Of a DNA stretch of 64,000 bases, positions 30,758-42,585 are shown one piece after another (the stretch's first letter is position 1; each line of letters opens with the position of its first letter). The position numbers were made by a program, and so were the translations under genes. The notes beneath the pieces were generated by a model. That model ran no database searches. It saw nothing but the letters and a program-made list of their open reading frames with translations, and was not told the origin of the DNA. The stretch lies in NCBI GenBank assembly GCA_963663405.2, contig CAXXSM010000149.1:128936-192935 (forward strand), read 5' to 3'. The stretch comes from a bacterium. GTDB lineage: Bacteria; Hinthialibacterota; Hinthialibacteria; Hinthialibacterales; Hinthialibacteraceae.

Positions 30758-33700
30758 TTAAGACACCTCTTTCAATGCCAATTCTTCTTGACGGGCGCGA
30801 GCGGCTTGTTCCATCAACACACGGCGGTAATCTCTCGGCATGACCTTCACAAATTGAGGCAGCGCGCGATCCCAGCGGTTTAGGATACCTTCCGCAACGG
30901 TACTCTTTGTGAATGTGAGGTGGCGTTCGATCATGCTCTTTAGTTCTTCGATATCGTCCGGTTCAGTAACCGGTTCAAGATCGACCATGCCTTTATTGCA
31001 GTGTGTTTCGAAGGTTCCGTCTTCGTCGTAGACGTACGCGGTTCCACCACTCATTCCCGCTGCAAAATTTCGGCCCACCGGTCCTAGGATCACCGCGCGG
31101 CCTCCCGTCATGTATTCACAGCCATGATCGCCGACGCCTTCCACCACGGCGCGCGCGCCACTGTTACGAACGCAGAACCGCTCACCCGCGACGCCCCGGA
31201 AATAACATTCCCCGCCCGTCGCTCCATATAACACCACATTGCCGATGAGGATATTCTCTTCAGGAACGAAGTCCGCGTTTTCCGGAGGATAGACAACGAC
31301 GCGTCCACCGGACATGCCCTTGCATGTATAATCGTTCGCATCTCCTTCAACCGTCATCGCGATTCCATTAGCGAGGAAAGCGGAGAAACTCTGTCCCGCC
31401 GATCCGGTAAATTTGATGCGGATCGTTTCATTCGGCAGCCCTTTAAGACCATAGCGTTTAGCGATCTCATGGCTTAACGTTGTGCCAACGGTGCGATGGA
31501 TGTTTCGAATCGGGAGATCGATCTCCACGGGCTTTTTATGTTCGAGCGCCTCTTTGGCTAATTCGATTAGTTTGTTATCGAGCGCGTTTTCCAATCCGTG
31601 ATCCTGTTTCTTGACGCAGCGGATATCATAGGGAACATCCGGCATCTCGAGAATCGCGGACAGATTGAGGTATTTCCCCTTCCAATGATCGATTTTTTTG
31701 CGTGGACGCAGGCGATCCATCCGGCCGATTAAGTCATCCATCTTCCGGACTCCCATTTTCGCCATGATTTCCCGCGCTTCTTCAGCCACGAAGAAGAAAT
31801 AATTGACGACGTGTTCAGGTTTTCCCTTAAATTTTTTGCGCAGTTCCGGATCTTGAGTCGCGACGCCGACTGGACAAGTGTTGAGGTGGCATTTGCGCAT
31901 CATGATGCATCCCGACGCGATCAAAGGAATCGTAGCGAATCCAAATTCTTCAGCGCCGAGACACGCGGCGATGATAACATCCCGTCCGGTTTTGATCTGC
32001 CCATCGGTCTGTACGACAATGCGCCCGCGAAGATCGTTGTTAACGAGAATTTGCTGGGTTTCCGAAAGACCCAGTTCCCACGGCAGGCCGGCGTGTTTAA
32101 TGGAAGAAACCGGCGAGGCTCCGGTTCCCCCGCTGTCACCGCTGATTAATACGTGATCGGAGTGACCTTTCGACACACCCGCCGCGATTGTTCCGACTCC
32201 GACTTCTGAAACTAACTTGACGGAAACGCGGGCGCCGGGATTCGAGTTTTTTAGATCGTGGATCAATTGCGCCAGATCCTCGATGGAATAAATATCATGG
32301 TGCGGCGGGGGCGAGATCAACGTCACACCGGGTGTGGAATGCCGCACACGGGCGATGATTTCGTTGACTTTATGACCGGGCAGCTGCCCTCCTTCGCCGG
32401 GCTTGGCGCCTTGGGCCATTTTGATTTGCAACTCATCCGCATTGGTGAGATATTCGATCGTTACGCCGAAACGGCCGGACGCGATCTGCTTGATCGCGCT
32501 TCGTTTGCTATCCCCATTGGGGAGAGGAATAAACCGTTCGGGATCTTCACCGCCTTCACCTGTGTTGCTCTTCCCACCCAGGCGGTTCATCGCGATGGCC
32601 AGGTTTTCATGGGCTTCTTTGCTTATGGAGCCGAACGACATCGCGCCGGTGACGAATCGCTTAACGATCTCTTTCGCCGGTTCCACTTCTTCCAGGGGAA
32701 TCGGTTCAGGCGCGGTTTTATAATTCAACATGCCCCGGATCGTGAAGCGTTTTTTGTTTTCGTCATTCACATGGTTGGCGAATTGCTTATAGATTTCGTA
32801 ATTTTTCACCCGGACGGATTGCTGTAAGTTGGCGACCGTTACGGGATCGATCATGTGTCGTTCTCCTTCCGTCCGCCATTGATACGATCCGCCGATGGAC
32901 AAATCAGGATTCTCGATTTGTGAAGGAGGAAACGCGAATTGATGACGCAGCGCCGTCTCTTTTTCGACGATATCGAGTTCAATGCCTCCGAGACGAGAAG
33001 GAGTGCCCGTGAAACAATCCTCGATCAATTCCGGCCCGAGTCCAACCGCTTCGAAAATCTGGGCGCCCCGGTAACTCTGGAGGGTGGAGATTCCCATTTT
33101 CGAAAAGACTTTTAAAAGCCCTTTTCCGACCGCTTTGATGTAGTTTTTAATAGCGGTCTTCTTGTCTGTGCAGCTTTCTATTTTCCCCTCCCCGCACAAC
33201 GTTTCGATGGTTTCGAACGCGAGATAGGGATTGACCGCTCCCACGCCATAGCCGATTAGCAACGCGAAGTGCATGACTTCCCGTGGTTCACCCGATTCAA
33301 CAACCAACCCGGCGCGAGTGCGTGTGCCTTCACGGATCAAGTGATGATGCGCAGCGGACGCGGCCAAGAGAGTGGGAATGGGAGCCCATTCTTCATTCAC
33401 ACCCCGGTCGCTTAAAACAATGATATTAGCGCCTTCATCCAAAGCTTCCGACGCCTGCGCGCGGATGGAATCGAGCGCGTCCCGGAACCCTTCCGCCCCA
33501 TCAGCAATCCGGTAAAGCGTTTTGATCGTAACTGTTTTTAATGTATCTTCTGGAGAATGTTTGATTTTCTCCAATTCCTCATTCGTGAGGATGGGCTGAG
33601 AAATTTTCAGCATATGGCAATGGCGCGGCGTTTCATCAAAGAGGTTTTGTTCCGCGCCGATGTGGGCTTCCAATGACATGACCAATTCTTCACGAATCGG

Positions 33701-35368
33701 ATCGATCGGCGGATTCGTGACTTGCGCGAAGAGCTGTTTGAAATAGTTATAAAGCAGCTGCGGCCGGTCAGAGAGGACCGCGAGAGGCGTGTCATTTCCC
33801 ATCGATCCTATCGGTTCCTTGCCGTCTTTCGCCATCGGCCCAAGAAGGATCTTTAAATCTTCGTCTGTATAGCCAAAGGCCTGCTGCCGAGTCAATAGTG
33901 GCAGGGAGTCTTGTTTCGCTGGTTGCGGCGTCTGGGGGAGGCCGGTCAGGAGAACCTGGTTAGATCGGAGCCATTCCCCATACGGTTTGCGTGTGGCGAT
34001 CTCATGCTTGATCTCTTCATCCCCAACGATGCGCCCTTGGTCTGTATCAATAAAGAACATTTTCCCCGGTTGGAGACGGCCTTTATATTGAACGTTTTCG
34101 GGAGGCGTTTCCAACACACCCGCTTCGGACGCCATGATGACAAATCCATCTTTGGTGACGGTGTATCGTGAAGGCCGGAGTCCATTCCGGTCCAAAACCG
34201 CGCCGATTTTTCTTCCATCCGTGAAGGCGATCGAGGCTGGCCCATCCCACGGTTCCATCAGGCAGGAGTGATATTCGTAGAAATCGATCTTCTCCTGGCT
34301 CATGGTTTCGTGTCCGCTCCATGCTTCCGGGATCAGCATCATCATCGCGTGCGGCAATGAGCGGCCCGCCATGACCAAGAGTTCCAGCGCGTTGTCGATG
34401 ATGGCGGAATCGCTGGCTCCTGGGATTGTGACGGGACAAAGTTTGCGGATATCATCCCCAAATAAATCGGATTGGAAGAGCGATTGACGAGCGCGCATCC
34501 AATTGATATTGCCTTTTAATGTATTGATTTCTCCATTGTGCGCGAGATAGCGGAACGGCTGCGCAAGATCCCATGAGGGAAAGGTGTTGGTGCTGAAACG
34601 TTGATGCGCTAAAGCCAATCCGCTTTTTAAATCCGGATCGGTTAGATCGGGATAGTATTTATCGTTCTGATGCGGGAGAAGCAATCCGTTGTAGATGATG
34701 GTTCTTGAGGAAAGACTGGGGATATAGAAATACCCCGCGTCCTCTTCCTGCTTACGGACGGCGCTTTCAATCACTTTCCGGATCACATAGAGTTTTCGTT
34801 CAAAAGCGCCGGGCGCGTCTACGCCTTTCCCGCGTTGGATGAAGATTTGACGAATCACCGGCTCGGATTCCCGCGAGACGAAACCAATAACGCTGCTATC
34901 GACCGGCACGGTCCGCCAACCGAGGACTTTTTGCCCTTCGTTCGTAATCGTCTGTTCGACAAGGCGTTCGCTCCAGGCTCGTTGCGCATTATTTTGGGAG
35001 AGAAAGACCATCCCCACGCCATACTGCCCGAATTTGGGAAGGTCGAAGGGGAGCGGATCGCAGACTTTTTGAAAAAACGCATCGGGCGTTTGGAGAAGAA
35101 TTCCCGCGCCGTCACCGGTTTCGGGATCACACCCACAGGCGCCCCGGTGGGTTAGATTGACGAGAATCTGAAGCCCTTTTTGCACAATATCATGAGATTC
35201 TTTCCCATTTATATTTACGACAAAACCAACCCCACAGTTGTCGTGTTCCATACTGGGATCGTATAGACCAAATGGTTTGGGTCTACGGAAGCCATACTGC
35301 ATAATTGATAGCCTTCTTTCCTCTTCCCGATCCCTAATAGAAATAAGGAACGGGCCTCTATTGATCAC
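30758..35368 (-). CDS. gltB: Glutamate synthase large subunit (start probably 35302)
   Basis: [52 protein letters not shown] domain. Confidence 0.98.
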   Translation of the reverse strand: MINRGPFLISIRDREEERRLSIMQYGFRRPKPFGLYDPSMEHDNCGVGFVVNINGKESHDIVQKGLQILVNLTHRGACGCDPETGDGAGILLQTPDAFFQKVCDPLPFDLPKFGQYGVGMVFLSQNNAQRAWSERLVEQTITNEGQKVLGWRTVPVDSSVIGFVSRESEPVIRQIFIQRGKGVDAPGAFERKLYVIRKVIESAVRKQEEDAGYFYIPSLSSRTIIYNGLLLPHQNDKYYPDLTDPDLKSGLALAHQRFSTNTFPSWDLAQPFRYLAHNGEINTLKGNINWMRARQSLFQSDLFGDDIRKLCPVTIPGASDSAIIDNALELLVMAGRSLPHAMMMLIPEAWSGHETMSQEKIDFYEYHSCLMEPWDGPASIAFTDGRKIGAVLDRNGLRPSRYTVTKDGFVIMASEAGVLETPPENVQYKGRLQPGKMFFIDTDQGRIVGDEEIKHEIATRKPYGEWLRSNQVLLTGLPQTPQPAKQDSLPLLTRQQAFGYTDEDLKILLGPMAKDGKEPIGSMGNDTPLAVLSDRPQLLYNYFKQLFAQVTNPPIDPIREELVMSLEAHIGAEQNLFDETPRHCHMLKISQPILTNEELEKIKHSPEDTLKTVTIKTLYRIADGAEGFRDALDSIRAQASEALDEGANIIVLSDRGVNEEWAPIPTLLAASAAHHHLIREGTRTRAGLVVESGEPREVMHFALLIGYGVGAVNPYLAFETIETLCGEGKIESCTDKKTAIKNYIKAVGKGLLKVFSKMGISTLQSYRGAQIFEAVGLGPELIEDCFTGTPSRLGGIELDIVEKETALRHQFAFPPSQIENPDLSIGGSYQWRTEGERHMIDPVTVANLQQSVRVKNYEIYKQFANHVNDENKKRFTIRGMLNYKTAPEPIPLEEVEPAKEIVKRFVTGAMSFGSISKEAHENLAIAMNRLGGKSNTGEGGEDPERFIPLPNGDSKRSAIKQIASGRFGVTIEYLTNADELQIKMAQGAKPGEGGQLPGHKVNEIIARVRHSTPGVTLISPPPHHDIYSIEDLAQLIHDLKNSNPGARVSVKLVSEVGVGTIAAGVSKGHSDHVLISGDSGGTGASPVSSIKHAGLPWELGLSETQQILVNNDLRGRIVVQTDGQIKTGRDVIIAACLGAEEFGFATIPLIASGCIMMRKCHLNTCPVGVATQDPELRKKFKGKPEHVVNYFFFVAEEAREIMAKMGVRKMDDLIGRMDRLRPRKKIDHWKGKYLNLSAILEMPDVPYDIRCVKKQDHGLENALDNKLIELAKEALEHKKPVEIDLPIRNIHRTVGTTLSHEIAKRYGLKGLPNETIRIKFTGSAGQSFSAFLANGIAMTVEGDANDYTCKGMSGGRVVVYPPENADFVPEENILIGNVVLYGATGGECYFRGVAGERFCVRNSGARAVVEGVGDHGCEYMTGGRAVILGPVGRNFAAGMSGGTAYVYDEDGTFETHCNKGMVDLEPVTEPDDIEELKSMIERHLTFTKSTVAEGILNRWDRALPQFVKVMPRDYRRVLMEQAARARQEELALKEVS

Positions 35369-35751
35369 TTAATTCCATTATCCCGGCTAGAATGTATATC
35401 AATCCTTATTGAAGGAAATCGCAATCAAAAGTATTCGAGGCGCATCTCGTAAAGCAGAACTTATCGATCTAAGATGCGGCGCATAGATACGAATCCGCAG
35501 GCGGACCGCTAACCCAGTTTCCCGCCACGAATTGAAGAAATAGAGCTAAATATTATACCCTCAATGACCTTATTTTGTCTAGGTATTTTAAAGGAATACA
35601 TCAAAACACACTTATTTTCCTTGACTTGCAGTATTCCACACACATAAGGGAACCGAATCTTGATGTTTTTCAAAACTGAATAAAAACCACTACTTATAGG
35701 AACAGGAATCCTTCTATCCGTCCGTTGTCCCCCAGGAAATCAATCTTTTCA

Positions 35752-35760
35752 TGCTATAAT
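35752..35760 (+). promoter_or_regulatory. Extended -10 promoter element upstream of secA
   Basis: TGCTATAAT about 75 bp before the secA start. Confidence 0.5.
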
Positions 35761-35828
35761 TTTTGTTCGTTATTCGTAACGGATTGATTGTTCATACGTT
35801 GCATGAGCAATGATTAAATAAAGCGGGA

Positions 35829-38387
35829 TTGGATACGATGTCGATAGTCGCCAGTGTTTTAAAGAAAATTTTTGGGACCAAACAGCAACGGGATATGCGC
35901 CGGTACGCGCCCTATGTGGAGGCGATCAACGCCCATGAAGAGTGGGCGAAAGGCCTTTCGCAGAGTGAAATGCGCGAGCAATCCGATCAATTGCGGAAGC
36001 GGATTGAAGACGGTGAGGAACTCCTTGATCTCGTTCCGGAGGCGTTCGCCCTCGTGCGGGAAGCCGCTTGGCGAACGCTTGAAATGCGTCATTTCGATGT
36101 TCAACTTGTCGGTGGCCTGGTTCTGCTGGAAGGAAAAATCGCTGAGATGGCGACCGGTGAAGGAAAAACTCTTGTCGCCACCCTGCCCGCGTACCTGCGG
36201 GGATTGACGGGGAAAGGCGTTCATGTCATCACCGTGAACGACTATCTCGCCCGCCGGGACCGCGAATGGATGGGACCGGTGTATGAATACCTTGGTCTTT
36301 CCGTCGGTGTCATCCAAAACGATATGGAACCGGCGGAACGGCGGGAATCCTACGCCTGCGATATCGTTTACGGAACGAACAACGAATTCGGTTTCGATTA
36401 CCTGCGGGATAACATGTCCATCGCGAAGGAATACTGCGTCCAACGCGAACTCTATTACACCATCGTTGACGAGGTGGACAGCATCTTGATTGATGAAGCC
36501 CGGACTCCATTGATCATTTCCGGGCCCGCTGAAGCGTCGACGGATAAATACTACATTGTAGACCGCGCTGTCCGGAATTTGATTAAAGGTGAAGATTACA
36601 CCGTAGATGAACGGGACCAGGCGGCGATGCTGACCGAGCAGGGCAGCGAGAAAATCCAGAAACTGCTCAATGTGAATATGTACGATGATCAGCATATCGA
36701 TCTCGTGCATCATGTCCAGCAGGCGCTTCGCGCGCACAGCCTCTTTAAACGCGATGACCGCTATATGGTCGAAAACGGCGAAGTGGTGATCGTGGATGAG
36801 TTCACAGGCCGCAAGATGCCAGGCCGCCGTTATAGCGATGGGTTGCATCAAGCCTTGGAAGCGAAGGAAGGCCTTAAGATCCAACGTGAGAATCAAACTC
36901 TCGCCACAATTACATTCCAAAACTATTTCCGTCTCTATGAAGTCCTCGCCGGAATGACCGGCACCGCCGTCACGGAAGAGGCGGAATTCATGGAGATTTA
37001 TAAACTCGACGTTGTCGTGATTCCGACCAACCGGGAGTTGCAACGTCTAAACCATCCTGATGTGATCTTTAAAACAGAGAAAGAAAAATATAACGCGATT
37101 GTTGAGGAAATCGCCGAGATTAACAAAGAGGGACGTCCTATTCTCGTCGGTACGGTCTCGATCGAAAAATCAGAAAAACTATCGGCGATGCTCAAGCGCA
37201 AGGGCGTTAAGCATCACGTGCTCAACGCGAAATATCACGAACGGGAAGCGGAGATTGTCGCGGACGCGGGGCAGGAAGGCGCGGTCACCATCGCGACCAA
37301 CATGGCCGGACGTGGGACCGATATTAAATTGGGCGAAGGCATCGCTGAACGCGGCGGCCTTCATATTCTCGGTACGGAACGTCATGAGAGCCGCCGGATC
37401 GACAATCAGCTGCGCGGGCGATCAGGCCGTCAGGGCGATCCCGGCTCATCCCGGTTTTTCCTTTCTTTGGAAGACGATCTGATGCGCGTTTTCGGTGGGG
37501 AGCGTATCAAAGCCCTCGCTGAGCGATTCGGCATGCAGGACGGTGAAGTGATTGAAGCGAAGATGGTGTCGAAAGCCATCGAAAACGCGCAAAAACGCGT
37601 CGAAGCTCATCATTTTGATATGCGGAAACACATTATCAAATATGATGACATCATGAATAAACAACGCGAGGTCATTTACGGTGTCCGGCACGATCTTCTT
37701 TATGGAGAGAACGTGAAGGAGGATTTCTGGGGAATGTGCCAGGAAGTGATCGACTATGTGTATGACAGCGCGTTTCCCACTGTCAGCGATCTGGATTCCT
37801 GGGAACCGGACAAATTTAAAAGCCTGCTGCGCAATCATTTCAATCTCATCACACCGTTCGGTGAAGACGTTCTGAAATGGGTCGGGATCGACACCGACAT
37901 GAACGGCGAAGAGATCCGCGATTGTATTGAAACCAAAGCGCGGGAGAAACTCGATGAGCGGCTGGAGAAATTCGGCAATGAATTCGGTTTATGGCTGATG
38001 TCCGTCATTATGCTGCGGACAGTGGATTCGAAATGGAAAGAACACCTTTATACGATGGACCACTTGAAAGAGTCCGTCGGCCTGCGCGCGTACGGGCAGA
38101 AGGATCCTCTACAGGAATATCAGAAGGAAGGATTCGCGATGTTCGGCGATATGTACGCCAGCATCCAGCTCCAAGCCGTCACCAACTGGTTCCACGTGGA
38201 GGTCAGCCAAGACGACGCGCGCGAACGGCTGCAACCCAAGCAGCAACCGATGATCACCAGCCGTGGCGGCGCCCGTTCTTCTCCTGTCCGTCAGGCGCAA
38301 AAAGTGGGCCGTAATGATCCCTGCCCCTGTGGGAGCGGTAAGAAATATAAGAAATGCTGTTTGAAGAAGGAAGCGGCGAAAGTATAA
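35829..38387 (+). CDS. secA: Preprotein translocase SecA (start probably 35838)
   Basis: MATGEGKT, DEVDSILIDEARTPLIISG, ATNMAGRGTDI, SEC-C GRNDPCPCGSGKKYKKC. Confidence 0.98.
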   Translation: MDTMSIVASVLKKIFGTKQQRDMRRYAPYVEAINAHEEWAKGLSQSEMREQSDQLRKRIEDGEELLDLVPEAFALVREAAWRTLEMRHFDVQLVGGLVLLEGKIAEMATGEGKTLVATLPAYLRGLTGKGVHVITVNDYLARRDREWMGPVYEYLGLSVGVIQNDMEPAERRESYACDIVYGTNNEFGFDYLRDNMSIAKEYCVQRELYYTIVDEVDSILIDEARTPLIISGPAEASTDKYYIVDRAVRNLIKGEDYTVDERDQAAMLTEQGSEKIQKLLNVNMYDDQHIDLVHHVQQALRAHSLFKRDDRYMVENGEVVIVDEFTGRKMPGRRYSDGLHQALEAKEGLKIQRENQTLATITFQNYFRLYEVLAGMTGTAVTEEAEFMEIYKLDVVVIPTNRELQRLNHPDVIFKTEKEKYNAIVEEIAEINKEGRPILVGTVSIEKSEKLSAMLKRKGVKHHVLNAKYHEREAEIVADAGQEGAVTIATNMAGRGTDIKLGEGIAERGGLHILGTERHESRRIDNQLRGRSGRQGDPGSSRFFLSLEDDLMRVFGGERIKALAERFGMQDGEVIEAKMVSKAIENAQKRVEAHHFDMRKHIIKYDDIMNKQREVIYGVRHDLLYGENVKEDFWGMCQEVIDYVYDSAFPTVSDLDSWEPDKFKSLLRNHFNLITPFGEDVLKWVGIDTDMNGEEIRDCIETKAREKLDERLEKFGNEFGLWLMSVIMLRTVDSKWKEHLYTMDHLKESVGLRAYGQKDPLQEYQKEGFAMFGDMYASIQLQAVTNWFHVEVSQDDARERLQPKQQPMITSRGGARSSPVRQAQKVGRNDPCPCGSGKKYKKCCLKKEAAKV

Positions 38388-38400
38388 AAAACGCGAAACG

Positions 38401-38431
38401 AAGGGGCGTGGATAAATCCATGCCCCTTTTT
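38401..38431 (+). terminator. Intrinsic terminator after secA (possibly bidirectional)
   Basis: AAGGGGCGTGGA-TAAA-TCCATGCCCCTT followed by TTT. Confidence 0.8.
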
Positions 38432-38461
38432 GCAATCTGATATATGTATATTGAAGAATTC

Positions 38462-39775
38462 TCAGCCTGGTTTCCAGCCTTCATTTCCTGTATAAGGCTG
38501 GCCGCCCGGCAGGGCTATGGGGCTAAGTTTCATGGGGCCAAATTCGTACTCGGCCAGGGTTTTATGCGGCGCGAGGGATTCTTCTGAATGGATGGCTTCA
38601 TCCCATGACATTTGCTTGCCGCTGTATTCGGCCATCCGGCCCAGGATCGCGGTCATTGTGCTTTCCGCCACGTTGCGGGCTTCGTTCAAGCCTGCATTCT
38701 TGTAAATGCTATTCATCAGATCCACGTGTTCCTGCACATAGGGATTCACGCTGTCTCCTTCGAAATTCCATGTTGTATCCGATTGGATCCATCCCGCGCA
38801 ATTGGACTTTCCTTTCGACCCTTGGACAAATTCATTCACCCGATCGTTCCTTTCGGGGCGCGGAGTTTGGCTGCAGAAGCTGGTCAAGATCACGTCGTTG
38901 TCATAATGGAAGACGACGCCGTGATGGTCCCAAATGTTGCCGCGTTTCTGCCACGCTCTTCCACCGGTTCCGAACGCTTTGACAGGATGTTTGCCCATGA
39001 TCCAGTTGATCACGTCGAGATTATGGACATGCTGTTCAACGATGTGATCGCCGGAGAGCCACAGGAAGTGATACCAGCTGCGGATCTGGTATTCGACATC
39101 CGACATTCCCGGTTTGCGGTCACCGTATGCAATCGGTCCGCCACACCAATAGGCGTAACCAGCCATGATATCTCCGATCACGCCGTCATGGATGCGTTTG
39201 ATGGTTTCCACATAGGGGGCTTGATGGCGCCGTTGTGTGCCGGCGGCGATGGAGAGACCGAGTGTTTTAGCTTTTTCCCCGGCTTCAATGATCTTGCGAA
39301 TCCCCGGCGGGTCGACCGCGGCCGGTTTTTCCATGAAAACGTTTTTCTTCGCCTCGACCGCAGCCATCAGCGTTTCGGGACGAAAGACGGGTGGCGTCGC
39401 CAAGATGACGTAATCGACATCTGTCTTGAATAACTCTTTGTATGATTCCCAGCCGATGAAGCATTGATCGTCATCAACCTCGTTGTCCATTTGACCCAGC
39501 ACGGCTTTCGCCGCTTCGATCCGGTCCGGCAGGATGTCGGCCAGCGCGGTGACTTTTGTTTCGGGGGCGTTCAGGATTTCCGCCGCTTTAAGGCAATCTT
39601 GCACAGCTCCCCTGCCCCGGCCGCCGCAGCCAAGCAATCCGACTTTTAACGGCGCCGCCGCCCGCGCTTCTTTAGGTTTCAATACGTTGAACGCCGTTAC
39701 CGACGCCGCCGCCATCGCGCCGTTTTTCACAAAACGCCGTCTTGAAAGATGGGTTGTTTTCTCCATGATGAACAT
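38462..39775 (-). CDS. Gfo/Idh/MocA oxidoreductase with Tat signal
   Basis: SRRRFVK; GLLGCGGRG; FMEKP; GDHIVEQHVHNLD. Confidence 0.92.
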   Translation of the reverse strand: MFIMEKTTHLSRRRFVKNGAMAAASVTAFNVLKPKEARAAAPLKVGLLGCGGRGRGAVQDCLKAAEILNAPETKVTALADILPDRIEAAKAVLGQMDNEVDDDQCFIGWESYKELFKTDVDYVILATPPVFRPETLMAAVEAKKNVFMEKPAAVDPPGIRKIIEAGEKAKTLGLSIAAGTQRRHQAPYVETIKRIHDGVIGDIMAGYAYWCGGPIAYGDRKPGMSDVEYQIRSWYHFLWLSGDHIVEQHVHNLDVINWIMGKHPVKAFGTGGRAWQKRGNIWDHHGVVFHYDNDVILTSFCSQTPRPERNDRVNEFVQGSKGKSNCAGWIQSDTTWNFEGDSVNPYVQEHVDLMNSIYKNAGLNEARNVAESTMTAILGRMAEYSGKQMSWDEAIHSEESLAPHKTLAEYEFGPMKLSPIALPGGQPYTGNEGWKPG

Positions 39776-39851
39776 TCTCCTTCGCTTTTATATGGCTTAT
39801 CCGTGAAGTGAGTACATAATAACTTTAATAAAAAAACAAAATACCATTTAA

Positions 39852-39978
39852 AATTGAACCATGTAAGCGTAGTATGGAATTATGCCAGGGCAGAAAAAAA
39901 CCTTGCCCTGGCCACCCAGACTGATTTTGATCAATAAAAATGAGATCATACATTGGGATGTATTCACTTACCGGATGA
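39852..39978 (+). repeat. About 127-bp dispersed repeat containing family-A hairpin (39877-39917)
   Basis: About 85% identical by eye to 59003-59130. Confidence 0.8.
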
Positions 39979-40060
39979 ACTTTTTATATTTTTTCATTTC
40001 ATACCAGAATCGTATTTGACAGGTCTATTGTCACGCTAAGAATGAGAATACGCAAGTTGT

Positions 40061-42268
40061 TTACTGAAGCGGTTTTGGTTTATATGTAAAAAATGTGTAC
40101 TCATCCCGCTGGCCTATTTTTATGTAGCGGCGGCTGAGGATGGGGCTGGTTTTGCCGGGACGATCGGGTGTGAATTCGGATAGCAGAAGATAGCCGCCGC
40201 TTTGTTCGGGCAGTTGGATTTTCACCGGGATGTATTGTTTGCCAAAGGGGGGAATCGCGGCGTTTGTTTTCATGTGGGTGATTTCATTTCCCTGACTATC
40301 AAGCAGTTTGACAGTTACGGCTCCTTCGGCCGCTCGTTCGCAGTCATTGACGCCAACTAGATTGAAGATGAGATCCGAGCCGGGTTTGCGCGGGGGGAGG
40401 TGTTTGGTATATCGTTCATCGACGAGATCGATGAAGACGGCGCTTGGGGCGAAGCAGTGGGCGAACCAATCCAGTGTGGGACCGGGTTGGAGGTCTTTGA
40501 TGGCTCCGAGAAACCAATCACCCGTAAAGCCATAATTGTTCGTCAAGTAGCAGAAACTCAACACACCCGCCATCGATCGTTCGCAACGCAGCCATTCCGT
40601 TTGGAGTTGCAGCCAATACGCCTGCAGTTCGAACCGCGCTTCCGGTGAAGCGTTTTCACCTAGATAATACCGGTAATTGTTTACTGTCAATTTGGCGGGG
40701 CGGCCATCCCGCCAGAGCCAGATCCATCCGTATTCATTGACTAACTGCGCCGCGCTGGAATCAACGTACCCCTGCATTTGGGTTGTTTGTTCGTGGAGAT
40801 CACCCAGTGGATACGGATTTTTTGTCATGAATTCATCGAAATCATTGCGCATTCCATAAACGCGATATGGATGAGGCTCATCCATTTCATCGAGAGTCAT
40901 GTGTTCGGAGGTCATGTAACCGGCGTCCCAAAGGCGGGTAGGATCGAGTTTTTTCAGATCGGGGATCAGAACGGAGCCGATGAAGGAATCCCAATTTTCG
41001 TTGATCGCGTCCCAGATCGCGACGCTGGGGTGATTGCCATCGGTCCAGACCCAATCGGTGTATTCCCGGCGGATCTGTTCGTCCCATCCGTGGTTTTGCC
41101 AATAGAGCCATTCGTTTTGGAGAAGCAGACCGGCTTCATCGGCGATATCGAACCAGAATTGCGGGGCGATGCCGACGCAGACGCGCATGGCGTTCCAATC
41201 GAGGGCTTTTGGGATATCGTCCATTAACCGCTTAACCCATTCCCGGTCCCAGGGAAGCGCTTCGCATTCGGGATCTTCGAAAAAGCGGTGGAGGGTAATG
41301 TTCGTTCCCCGCAGGATGATCTTTTTTCCATTGAGTGTAAAATGCTTTCCTTTCCGGCCGAATTCCCGCATACCGAAATTGACTGTGGTTCGATCGCTGA
41401 TTTTTCCATCTGTGATGAGTTTGATTTCGGCCGTGTAGAGGAAGGGATCGCTAGGCGTCCATAGATGAGCGTTTTCGAATGGAATGTCTATGGCGAGTTC
41501 GGTTAGGTTATCACGTTTGAGAGTGAACGATTTGGTAACAGGGAGGCCGATTGGTTTCCCACTTTCTTTTTCCCGGATAACGATTTCGATATTGCAGGAA
41601 TCGTTCATTGCGTCGCCGTATCGAATCTGCGCGGGCAGAAAACTGCGGACGAGAATTTTGGCGGTGACTTTCTTTTCAGCGAGGGAAGGCAGCATCAGAA
41701 CGCGATGCGCGCGGAAGGCTCCGGTGAACGAGAGATTGACGCTGTCCCAAATGCCGGGGAGATACGCGATCTTCTCTTTGTCTGTGCTGCCCGCCGCTTG
41801 ACTTGGCAGCCACGCCCGGTCTCCAACACGGATGAGAATTTCGTTTTCTTCGCCAAAATGAAGGGCGTTCGTTACGGGGAAATCAATGGGTGTGTAGCAG
41901 GCCATAGACGTTCCCATATCCATACCATTCACGAAGACCTGGGTGACGTATTTGCTCTTTAAAACCGTTAAAACCGCCTGTGTGTTTTCCAACTCCGCAG
42001 GGATATGAATCCGGCGCCGGTACCAGTTATAACGTGGTTCGTATTCGCGTGTCAGCAGAATATCAAATTGTTCGATCTTCGGTTTCGCCAGATGGATCAA
42101 TCCAGGAACGGGGATGGTTCGCGTGAATTGGTGGGGAGGAAAGGCGGTTTGGGTTTGTTCGAAATCCCATTGGCCATCAAGATCGATCGTTACGCGCATA
42201 TCGGAAGCGGCTTGACTTTGTGATAGTAGTAATGTGAGGAAGAGTAGAGAGAGACAGTATTGTTTCAT
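40061..42268 (-). CDS. Glycoside hydrolase family 2-like
   Basis: IDLDGQWDF, IPVPG, GIWDSV, WTPSDPFLY, FGMREF, NHPSVAIWDAINE, VNEYG. Confidence 0.85.
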   Translation of the reverse strand: MKQYCLSLLFLTLLLSQSQAASDMRVTIDLDGQWDFEQTQTAFPPHQFTRTIPVPGLIHLAKPKIEQFDILLTREYEPRYNWYRRRIHIPAELENTQAVLTVLKSKYVTQVFVNGMDMGTSMACYTPIDFPVTNALHFGEENEILIRVGDRAWLPSQAAGSTDKEKIAYLPGIWDSVNLSFTGAFRAHRVLMLPSLAEKKVTAKILVRSFLPAQIRYGDAMNDSCNIEIVIREKESGKPIGLPVTKSFTLKRDNLTELAIDIPFENAHLWTPSDPFLYTAEIKLITDGKISDRTTVNFGMREFGRKGKHFTLNGKKIILRGTNITLHRFFEDPECEALPWDREWVKRLMDDIPKALDWNAMRVCVGIAPQFWFDIADEAGLLLQNEWLYWQNHGWDEQIRREYTDWVWTDGNHPSVAIWDAINENWDSFIGSVLIPDLKKLDPTRLWDAGYMTSEHMTLDEMDEPHPYRVYGMRNDFDEFMTKNPYPLGDLHEQTTQMQGYVDSSAAQLVNEYGWIWLWRDGRPAKLTVNNYRYYLGENASPEARFELQAYWLQLQTEWLRCERSMAGVLSFCYLTNNYGFTGDWFLGAIKDLQPGPTLDWFAHCFAPSAVFIDLVDERYTKHLPPRKPGSDLIFNLVGVNDCERAAEGAVTVKLLDSQGNEITHMKTNAAIPPFGKQYIPVKIQLPEQSGGYLLLSEFTPDRPGKTSPILSRRYIKIGQRDEYTFFTYKPKPLQ

Positions 42269-42400
42269 GATTATTTCCTCTTGCTGGTATAATTAAATCA
42301 TACGCTCATACTCTCGCATGGAACTGTAGAAAACAGAAGAGATGGAGATATGTTATTGCGCCGATCTAATGTGGTTTAGAATTGAAAGAAAGTCTTGTCT

Positions 42401-42465
42401 ATGCTACACCAGGGCAGATGAAAAACCTTGCCCTGGCCACCCAGGAAAGTATAGGCCACCCAGGA
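42401..42465 (+). repeat. REP-like hairpin (family A) with duplicated GGCCACCCAGGA end
   Basis: CCAGGGCAGATGAAAAACCTTGCCCTGGCCACCC followed by a second GGCCACCCAGGA. Confidence 0.75.
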
Positions 42466-42585
42466 TGGCATAGGCAGAAGACTGTAAAAGATGCTGCGCA
42501 AGCGCCTGTATTCGCTTTTGTTGTTTGAATCACGGAGAATTCGGAGTTACACAGATTTCACGGATAAAAAAAATGTAAAAGAGAT

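Noticed and set aside
35430-35540. Glutamine riboswitch in the gltB leader
   Set aside because: A CGCATCT/AGATGCG stem exists, but I could not match the glnA-motif consensus; needs an Infernal scan.
35859-37043. 394-aa antisense ORF in secA (also 26340..27143, 38612..39433 and other shadow ORFs)
   Set aside because: Fully overlap confidently identified genes; no motifs; expected from codon bias.
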